DNA of 46,213 nucleotides, taken from Candidatus Babeliales bacterium. GTDB taxonomy: Bacteria > Patescibacteriota > Saccharimonadia > Saccharimonadales > UBA10212. Positions 27,297-33,570 of the stretch are shown here, piece after piece. The position numbers and the translations under genes are program-made. The first letter of the stretch is position 1. Every line of letters begins with the position of its first letter. The stretch lies in contig DATIIZ010000030.1 of NCBI GenBank assembly GCA_035479215.1, positions 1 to 46,213 of the forward strand, given 5' to 3'. The notes beneath the pieces were generated by a model. That model was not told the DNA's origin and searched no databases. It worked only from the letters and a program-made list of their open reading frames with translations.

Positions 27297-28060
27297 GCCT
27301 TCTGAGCTATTAATTGCTTGGCTCCGACTTTAGCCATCTCGAAAACTTGTCTTAGGGCTTGGGCGATCTGTGGGCTTTCTATGATAGTGCCGATGGCTTC
27401 CTCGCCGAAAGATATTAAGGATACCTTATCTCCGTAAATTGATATCTCAACAGGAGCGGTATAAGATTTAGGCGGATACCAGGCCATATCTCTTTTTAAC
27501 TCCGTATCATTTTGTTTAGCCCAATCGATAGCTGAAGGAAAGGCCGGTGCTAACCCGTGGGCATTAATACCTGCTTTAGACCGCTTCTGCATATATTTGT
27601 ATAGAACGTCGCCGAAGTATTCCTCGTCTGCTGGGGTGCGGATAAAGTAAACATCTTTGCCAGTTCTTAAATGATCTTCGTAGATTTTGGTTAAACCTTC
27701 CTTGCCTTGATAGAACCTAACGCCGGGTTCGCCCCTGTTGCTGTAATAATAAGTCAGTAACTGAGGCAGGGAACTGCGGTAAAGATCTTCGGCTGACGAA
27801 ACTTCTTTTCGCTTTTGGGCGATGAATTTTTCCAATGCGGAAGGGTTGGCTGGGGAGTAAGTCGCTTTCTTGGCATCACCTTCTTTTGTTGCCAGGCCGA
27901 TTTCTTCTAATTTGGCCAGGGACATGTAAGCCGCCGTCCGTGATTCCTTTATACGACCCGCCAATTGCGGCGGGGTTAGACTACCAGCTTTTATGAGTGC
28001 AATGTAGCTTTTGGCCTGGGAGTTGGTCAAACCGAATTGCTTGAGTGTTTCAGCATTCAC
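27293..28060 (-). CDS. TrmB-like winged-HTH transcriptional regulator
   Basis: N-terminal LTNSQAKSYIALIKAGSLTPPQLAGRIKESRTAAYMSLAKLEEIGL. GTG start. It is divergent from GC-rich island 2. Confidence 0.65.
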   Translation of the reverse strand: MNAETLKQFGLTNSQAKSYIALIKAGSLTPPQLAGRIKESRTAAYMSLAKLEEIGLATKEGDAKKATYSPANPSALEKFIAQKRKEVSSAEDLYRSSLPQLLTYYYSNRGEPGVRFYQGKEGLTKIYEDHLRTGKDVYFIRTPADEEYFGDVLYKYMQKRSKAGINAHGLAPAFPSAIDWAKQNDTELKRDMAWYPPKSYTAPVEISIYGDKVSLISFGEEAIGTIIESPQIAQALRQVFEMAKVGAKQLIAQKA

Positions 28061-28148
28061 TATCCGATATTATCAATAGTTTCATACTTTGTAAAGTTAT
28101 AAATTGACAAAAATAACACTTTAAACAGATATAAAATTAAGCTTATAA

Positions 28149-28177
28149 TTGACATTATAATGTAATTAAGTCATAAT
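28149..28177 (+). promoter_or_regulatory. promoter of island 2
   Basis: TTGACA-N17-CATAAT. A second TTGACA lies at 28104-28109 within a repeated TTATAA(A)TTGACA motif. Confidence 0.55.
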
Positions 28178-28227
28178 ATCGCCGTCAGTTTGCATAAGCA
28201 AGTTGACGCACATTACAAGGAGAAGCC

Positions 28228-28656
28228 ATGGATGAGGAAACTGCCTATCAGAAAGCTAATGAACTCGTATGTCAGCTTTACGGCGTGGGTAGCCCGGTCT
28301 CCGACGAAGAGGTTCGAGTTCTGATAGCCGGCAGGAGGCGCCAACGAATTACTTTGGCTCTTCAGCTTGTCGGGATATCAGAGCTATCTGGGTTTAGTCC
28401 CACGGAGCTCGTGGAGATGCTGGATTTCGATCTTCGTGCACCACATGCCTACGTAGAGTATGCCCGCTACTTCAAGCGAGCCTGCAAAGTCTTCTGTAAG
28501 AAGGGCTATGGGTCTGAGATTCAGCGAGTTCTGACAACCGACGGGATGTTTGGGAGGCAGGGCAACGAGCCCTTTTTGTCTCCAGCCTCGTTGATTAGGT
28601 CAAGGGACGTTAGCGGTCTTGACGACCTGATCTTCAACCTTCCACCAAAGGAGTAG
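28228..28656 (+). CDS. orphan GC-rich ORF C (142 aa)
   Basis: ATG 5 nt after AAGGAG; higher GC than the flanking genes; no family recognised. Confidence 0.55.
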   Translation: MDEETAYQKANELVCQLYGVGSPVSDEEVRVLIAGRRRQRITLALQLVGISELSGFSPTELVEMLDFDLRAPHAYVEYARYFKRACKVFCKKGYGSEIQRVLTTDGMFGRQGNEPFLSPASLIRSRDVSGLDDLIFNLPPKE

Positions 28657-28935
28657 GAGTTCGGAGCCAAGAGAACCCTCCCCACGACGAGGGCGGGCAA
28701 GAGTGGAGCAGGGTGGAGCGCTTCGGTGCTCATCCTAAGGATCTGCAACCTGTCGAAAGGCAGGAAAACTTCTCTCCGCAACGAGGGAGAAGTAGCAGTC
28801 AGAGGTAACTCACTTGGCTTAATAGCGACGCAGCCTCCTCTGATGTCTGGCTTGAAAAACCAGGTACCTTCCAGGGCGGTCGCTCCTTTGGGGGTGTGAG
28901 CTCGGGACATTTGTCCTTGAGCTCCACCCCCTTAA
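28657..28935 (+). ncRNA. unclassified highly structured GC-rich RNA region
   Basis: No ORF of 60 aa or more on the + strand. Hairpins include GAGCGC-UUCG-GUGCUC (28716-28731), CCUGUC-GAAA-GGCAGG (28749-28764) and CUUCUCUC-N8-GGGAGAAG (28769-28792). A composite hairpin of 17 paired bases spans 28890-28931. The tetraloops are canonical only on the + strand. Confidence 0.45.
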
Positions 28936-29007
28936 AACGTAGGCAGATGTGTATCTGCCCTGATGAGGCCAACCCGCCAAGAGGCGGGCAAAGAAGGCCG
29001 AAACGTT
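28936..29007 (+). ncRNA. type III hammerhead self-cleaving ribozyme (predicted cleavage between 28941 and 28942)
   Basis: AACGUA|GGCAGAU-GUGU-AUCUGCC-CUGAUGA-GGCC[...CCCGCC-AAGA-GGCGGG...]GGCC-GAAA-CGUU. All invariant core nucleotides, the G10.1-C11.1 pair, the A15.1-U16.1 pair and the GUA cleavage triplet are present. Confidence 0.78.
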
Positions 29008-29024
29008 AATTAATCAAGGAATAT

Positions 29025-29849
29025 ATGAACGAAACTTTAGATAATCAAATTCAAGATCCTGAGAAGGCTCATGCAATGGCTTTGGCCGGTGATGGATTTA
29101 GAACTGAGGCTGTTCAAAAACGCCAGAAAGCTGCCGCAATCCAGTTAGCTAAATTAGCCTATGAAGACACGACCGATCAAGACACTCGCAAGAAAATATT
29201 AAATGGTGCTTTTACAGAGGTGGGTGTAAATGATTTTTGGAGTCGGCCAGATATAGTTGGGAGGCGACCAGGATCATTTAGAAGCCGGAATTTAGGGAAC
29301 AATTCTTCGCAAGATGACATTAATGCACGGCGAGATAGGCAGATTGCGAGTTTTCTCGGGTCGCATACCAGATATGAGGATCGGGCTCAAGAATTAGAAA
29401 GCTTAGCCGAAGAAAAAGAATCGTGGGCCGAACTAATATTTGACAATCCTGCTGTCGAACATTACAAAAAAATTCACCCTGAACTTAACATTGAAGACCA
29501 ATGGCGGCTGGAATGCATAGTAAATCAGGCTAGGGCATATTATGAAGGCCATCTTAGTGATATGCCGAGGTACAGAGAGGTCCTCCAAGACGGTAAATAT
29601 GTGCCGGGAGGGTTGCTCCAGCACCTATTTCCGAATAGTTTTTCTGAAGAAGATGAGGAAGAGTTTGAACCTAACTCCGAATTGCTGAAACTTTTAAATA
29701 ACGGTGGCACGACCGTTGACCAGCTACGTGAATTCCTACTGCGCCAGGAAGAGATAAAACTTGAAGCGGAGAAAAAGCGAGCTGAAGATCTTACGCAAAT
29801 GCTCGCTGATATTAAAAAAAGACAGCTTAGTGCGAACTTGGAAAATTAG
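29025..29849 (+). CDS. hypothetical protein (274 aa, charged, coiled-coil-like C-terminus)
   Basis: Native-like composition, SD AAGGA, starts 18 nt after the ribozyme. Confidence 0.6.
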   Translation: MNETLDNQIQDPEKAHAMALAGDGFRTEAVQKRQKAAAIQLAKLAYEDTTDQDTRKKILNGAFTEVGVNDFWSRPDIVGRRPGSFRSRNLGNNSSQDDINARRDRQIASFLGSHTRYEDRAQELESLAEEKESWAELIFDNPAVEHYKKIHPELNIEDQWRLECIVNQARAYYEGHLSDMPRYREVLQDGKYVPGGLLQHLFPNSFSEEDEEEFEPNSELLKLLNNGGTTVDQLREFLLRQEEIKLEAEKKRAEDLTQMLADIKKRQLSANLEN

Positions 29850-30712
29850 AACTCTAGTGCGGTTTTGACGCGGGCGATGCTGTCTTCGGGGTTGAGTTCG
29901 TCGAACCAGACCACCTGCCAACCTTGTTTGTCGGCGGCTGTCAGGTAAGGGCGCTCATTATCTACTAGCAAGATTTCGTTGGGCTCCATGGCGGCCAGTT
30001 CCTGGGCGGTCTGATAAATCTTGGGGTCCGGTTTAACGGCGCCGGCTTTAGATGAATCGACGGCTACTTTGTAGTTTAAATCTGGGATAAGTTTCTTTTG
30101 CAGCAGCTCGTCAACGAAACCGGGCATGCTGTTGGAAAGCAGACCGATCTCGTAATTTTCTGCTACCCAGTCCAACAGAGGCACAATGCCCGGGATGGGC
30201 TCCACACTAGCCATGTAATATTTGTGCCAGTCGAACCCGGGCACGTCCAGCTCTTGGCCCATCAGTTTATTGAACTCTTCGCCACTCATATTACCGGTCG
30301 CACCCGTATCATTGCGGCGCCAAAAAAGGGCTTCGCCCATATCGACAGGTTTATTAACATCTTGCGCGACCATCGTAAAAGCCCGGTGGAAAAAGTGCAC
30401 CAGCGTACCGTTAACATCAAAGAATACAAATCGTACGCCGGTTTTGGAACGTTTCTTAGTGTTTATCGGAGCGGTAGACTCGATGCCGCGGCTTTGTAGC
30501 TCTAATAAATCTTCAAGCTTGGCACCCGTTACCGAAGCGATATTAGCGACAGTAAAAACAGATGGTGAGCGGATAGCACCACGTTCTATCTTTGCCAAAG
30601 TCGAATAACTTAGTCCGGCTTTTTGGCACAGCTCCTGCTGGGTCATGCCGGCGCGTTTGCGCGCTAACTGTAAACGATTGCCAAGAGCTTTTTCATCCAT
30701 AGCAATGCCCAC
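29846..30712 (-). CDS. XRE-family HTH fused to a HAD-like hydrolase domain
   Basis: The N-terminus LGNRLQLARKRAGMTQQELCQKAGLSYSTLAKIERG is followed by FVFFDVNGTLVHF (DxxGT motif I) and a C-terminal LLVDNE. The start could instead be the ATG at 30700. Confidence 0.7.
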   Translation of the reverse strand: MGIAMDEKALGNRLQLARKRAGMTQQELCQKAGLSYSTLAKIERGAIRSPSVFTVANIASVTGAKLEDLLELQSRGIESTAPINTKKRSKTGVRFVFFDVNGTLVHFFHRAFTMVAQDVNKPVDMGEALFWRRNDTGATGNMSGEEFNKLMGQELDVPGFDWHKYYMASVEPIPGIVPLLDWVAENYEIGLLSNSMPGFVDELLQKKLIPDLNYKVAVDSSKAGAVKPDPKIYQTAQELAAMEPNEILLVDNERPYLTAADKQGWQVVWFDELNPEDSIARVKTALEF

Positions 30713-30782
30713 AACTCTGCCTCATATAGCCATATAGTATCAAGTAAACGAACTTTTCATCAAGAAAATTGGTATTAAATGG

Positions 30783-31181
30783 CTAGAAAGCCAGTTTTTT
30801 GGCTATGTCGGCCAGTTCTTGATGATTTAGTTCATCTGAATGCTCAGGGACAGACCGGTACTCGCTGGCGGTGCTAAATGGAAAAACTTTTATATGAGCG
30901 TGGTCGCCGACATCCAAGCCTTCAATCATTACTCCCACACGCTTCTTGTCTGGAAAGACTTCACGCATCCGCCGCCCAACTTTTTGGACGGTGTCCATAA
31001 GCTTGTGATAATCGTCGCTATTCATATCCCACACGAAGCCAACCTGTTTTTTGGGGACAATCAAGACTTGCCCCGGCTGTATGGGGTGGATGTCCAGAAA
31101 AGTCAGAGTGTCATCATCTTCATGAATTTTGTACGATGGAATTTCGCCTTTGATGATTTTAGTGAAGATACTGTCAGCCAT
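30783..31181 (-). CDS. HIT-family (histidine triad) protein
   Basis: FTKIIKGEIPS plus the histidine triad DHAHIKVFP. I prefer the start MADSIF at 31181. Confidence 0.85.
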   Translation of the reverse strand: MADSIFTKIIKGEIPSYKIHEDDDTLTFLDIHPIQPGQVLIVPKKQVGFVWDMNSDDYHKLMDTVQKVGRRMREVFPDKKRVGVMIEGLDVGDHAHIKVFPFSTASEYRSVPEHSDELNHQELADIAKKLAF

Positions 31182-31353
31182 TTTTGAAAAGTGTCCGTAA
31201 AATTGTATACGACACAAAGAATATAATCAGGGCAGAGACTGCCGTGCCTATCACCGATTGCTTAGTATTATTACCACTGTAACGCTGGAACTTCGTAAAG
31301 ATCCAGGTCCCAATCCCCAACGCGAACAGCAGGCTAACCCAGAATGCACTCAT
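31174..31353 (-). CDS. small 59-aa two-TM membrane protein (absent from the supplied ORF track)
   Basis: MSAFWVSLLFALGIGTWIFTKFQRYSGNNTKQSVIGTAVSALIIFFVSYTILRTLFKNG. Its TGA overlaps the HIT gene start (ATGGCTGA). Confidence 0.4.
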   Translation of the reverse strand: MSAFWVSLLFALGIGTWIFTKFQRYSGNNTKQSVIGTAVSALIIFFVSYTILRTLFKNG

Positions 31354-31406
31354 AGGCTTATGATATCAGAGCCTAGGTAAAAGTAGGATATAATTACCTC
31401 TGTTAT

Positions 31407-31496
31407 GGAGGAGTGGCCGAGCGGTTGAAGGCGCTGCTCTCGAAAAGCAGTATATGGGAAACCGTATCGCGAGTTCGAATCTCGCCTCCTCCGCCA
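31407..31496 (+). tRNA. tRNA-Ser (anticodon CGA), CCA encoded
   Basis: GGAGGAGTGGCCGAGCGGTTGAAGGCGCTGCTCTCGAAAAGCAG...GAGTTCGAATCTCGCCTCCTCCGCCA. The anticodon loop is CUCGAAA, with a long variable arm. Confidence 0.9.
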
Positions 31497-31769
31497 AATT
31501 GGGTTCGGTGAAGCGAAGAGACGCGCAGAAGCTTGCTTCGAGCATATCTGAGCGGAAAAGGCCGAAGGCCGCTATCCCACCCCTTCCACCACGCATATGT
31601 AAGTAAAATTGACAATATTTTTCAGTAGTTGGTTAAACTTAAGGATTTTAGAGGACTTGCATTGGGTTTTTGGCGGGCATAAAATGCACTTGTATTTAAT
31701 TCGCGGTATGACTGACACCTCGTGATAAGCCGCGGCAAGGAGGACCAATGACGCAACCAGAATTTTAGG

Positions 31770-31793
31770 CCAACCAGGACGGTTGGTTTTTTT
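31770..31793 (+). terminator. intrinsic terminator ending an untranslated ~150-nt segment
   Basis: CCAACC-AGGAC-GGTTGG followed by TTTTTTT. Confidence 0.7.
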
Positions 31794-31845
31794 GTTTTTG
31801 TAAATATCAATTGAATTTAGGCACAAAAGTGCCAAGGAGTTAAGT

Positions 31846-32202
31846 ATGAGTTTAATCAAGGATGCACCAAAAGTTAACGCAGTTAAAGTTCTGCCTTGGG
31901 GCGAAGAGATTTATCTGGAGATTGCACTAAATAAAAAATCGGCCAATAAATTTTATGCCCGGCATGGCCGGACCAGCGAGGGCAGGGACTATATTGAGTT
32001 TTCTAAGTTTGGGCCGAAGCCCAATACCGAAAATGAAACATATAGCCAAAAACTGCGGATTTTCAGCCCGGCCCAGTGGGCGACTATCAAACACCATGTC
32101 GAGGCTGAGTTAGCCGGCTCGGCAGGCTGGAATCTGGAAGAAGGCCAGAAAGAGTTTGAAGCATCTTTGACGGCAAAAGAAGAGCTGACCGAAGAGAAAT
32201 AG
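31846..32202 (+). CDS. hypothetical protein (118 aa)
   Basis: SD AAGGAG 7 nt upstream; no motif recognised. Confidence 0.6.
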   Translation: MSLIKDAPKVNAVKVLPWGEEIYLEIALNKKSANKFYARHGRTSEGRDYIEFSKFGPKPNTENETYSQKLRIFSPAQWATIKHHVEAELAGSAGWNLEEGQKEFEASLTAKEELTEEK

Positions 32203-32211
32203 GCTTTGAAG

Positions 32212-32248
32212 GCGGGAGAGCTGTGGGATTAGTACTCCCGCTTTTTTT
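32212..32248 (+). terminator. intrinsic terminator
   Basis: GCGGGAG-N16-CTCCCGC followed by TTTTTTT. Confidence 0.75.
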
Positions 32249-32445
32249 GGTAAGGAATGCTTAACTTGTTAAGTATTTTTATAATGAACGAAAGTTATAG
32301 ATTAACTAGGAAATAGAATCTAAGCATAAGCAATTGCTTTTTACCCCTGTTAGTGGTATGAATTAGACAGCATCAAGGCACTACCCGTTTGGGCCCGTCT
32401 TGGGCCGCACATTCCGACTACGAGTTCGCTCGTGAGGGGAGACCC

Positions 32446-32943
32446 ATGTCTCGTAAGCATGGAGCGCTGTTGATTGCAGCGCTCGCCGTTATGGCTTTGG
32501 CGACGACCGCGAGTGGCTCGAATGCTGCTCCTGCGTCGGCAAAGATCAAGTGCGAGTCGACTAGGACCCAGATCCGAATCACGATTTGCGGTCCGACAAT
32601 CGTCGATCCGACCACCACAACGCCGTTTTCGGTGAGGGTGAGCTACCCTCGTGGCAAGCCGATCAGCAAGATCGTCATCAACATCGGCCCGAGCGACTAC
32701 GTCGTGACGCCCGCCAGCGCCCAAGGTCACACCACATACGACCAGTCGTACAAGATTCAGGCGGTCACCTGGACCGTCAAGCACTTCCGTGCTGGTACTG
32801 GAATCACCAAGAGATTGGGATTCCAGTTCCCACCGGAGAACACGTACGGCTCGAGCCTCTTCGTGCATGTCGGGGCCTATGGGCCCTACTACAAGGCCGG
32901 GCTGATGAGATTCGTCACCTACCGGCAAGTCCAAGGCGGCTAG
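32446..32943 (+). CDS. orphan GC-rich secreted protein D (165 aa)
   Basis: ATG after GAGGGGAG. The signal peptide is MSRKHGALLIAALAVMALATTASGSNAAPASA. The body is beta-rich with two Cys, and third codon positions are strongly G/C. Confidence 0.6.
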   Translation: MSRKHGALLIAALAVMALATTASGSNAAPASAKIKCESTRTQIRITICGPTIVDPTTTTPFSVRVSYPRGKPISKIVINIGPSDYVVTPASAQGHTTYDQSYKIQAVTWTVKHFRAGTGITKRLGFQFPPENTYGSSLFVHVGAYGPYYKAGLMRFVTYRQVQGG

Positions 32944-32968
32944 CTCGCCGCACGCGCAGCAGTAACGC

Positions 32969-32992
32969 GGCCCCCGTGGAGACACGGGGGCC
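32969..32992 (+). terminator. 10-bp GC hairpin after ORF D
   Basis: GGCCCCCGTG-GAGA-CACGGGGGCC. Confidence 0.5.
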
Positions 32993-33010
32993 GAGAAATA
33001 CCAAATCACA

Positions 33011-33039
33011 TTGCACGCTTATGTTTATATAACTATAAT
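33011..33039 (+). promoter_or_regulatory. promoter of the pilus-associated operon
   Basis: TTGCAC-N17-TATAAT, 9 nt before the ATG at 33049. Confidence 0.5.
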
Positions 33040-33048
33040 GCCTACTAT

Positions 33049-33570
33049 ATGGCGGACGCCAAAAGAATTATTGGTGTAGTTAAGGCAAAAACTTCTTGGC
33101 TAAAAGAATCAACGCGAACTATCTTGAGTCTCTTCCTCATATGTTCATTGGTAATAGGAGCAATTATTTTATGGAAATACATACGAAGCGATCATAGGCA
33201 TTTTGTTGCTGAGTCTGCAGCACCTCCAACGGTTGCACAGTTTGAGAAGCAACAGCAGAATAATACAAGCAGCTATCTTAAAGACAAGAACTACATTAAC
33301 TACCAAAGGACTCAGCAAGACTTGGCAATTGAGTATATGGCCAATAAAGACTACACCAGCGCCGAAAGAGTAATGAATGATGTATTTAAAAATACTCCAA
33401 CAAATAAAATGAACTCCGAAAGTTATATGGTTATGATAGAAGTAGAAAAAAATAAAGGCAATACATCTGAGTATAAGAAGTACCTTAAACTTGCTATAGA
33501 TAAATTGAACGCCGAAGGAGATAAAAAAACCGCAGCATTGTATCAGGATGAGCTGAAGGGTATACAATAA
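33049..33570 (+). CDS. membrane-anchored TPR-like protein
   Basis: An N-terminal TM with helical repeats (EYMANKDYTSAERVMNDVFK). Its stop overlaps the next start (TAATG). Confidence 0.55.
   Translation: MADAKRIIGVVKAKTSWLKESTRTILSLFLICSLVIGAIILWKYIRSDHRHFVAESAAPPTVAQFEKQQQNNTSSYLKDKNYINYQRTQQDLAIEYMANKDYTSAERVMNDVFKNTPTNKMNSESYMVMIEVEKNKGNTSEYKKYLKLAIDKLNAEGDKKTAALYQDELKGIQ

Noticed and set aside
28840-28868. Second hammerhead-like string CUGAUGU followed by the CUGG...CCAG hairpin
   Set aside because: A9 is replaced by U, and the hairpin is followed by GUACC rather than GAAA, so no catalytic core can be assembled.
28521-28910. 129-aa minus-strand ORF across the structured RNA
   Set aside because: It overlaps the 3' end of ORF C, has no SD and runs through hairpins whose UUCG and GAAA loops indicate a + strand RNA.
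28657-29007. Possibility that the structured RNA is RNase P RNA, tmRNA, SRP RNA, twister or a cobalamin riboswitch
   Set aside because: Several diagnostic features are absent: no GAGGAAAGUCCGGGC-type CR-I, no tRNA-like GGUUCGA...CCACCA end or tag ORF, and no GGAA-capped AGCAGC/GGAAG SRP domain IV. The partial AAGAGUGGAG resemblance to twister lacks the required 5' partner strand. The resemblance to the B12 box is only about 7 nt.
32350-33009. 219-aa minus-strand ORF, and the 148-aa + strand ORF at 32586-33032, in GC-rich island 3
   Set aside because: High-GC DNA keeps several frames open. Only the frame starting at 32446 has an SD, a signal peptide and GC-rich third positions. The alternatives are Arg-rich with no start context.
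31497-33010. Integrated mobile element at tRNA-Ser(CGA)
   Set aside because: No integrase, no recognisable direct repeat of the tRNA 3' end and mixed composition. The case is kept only as context for the GC-rich islet, not called as a mobile element.
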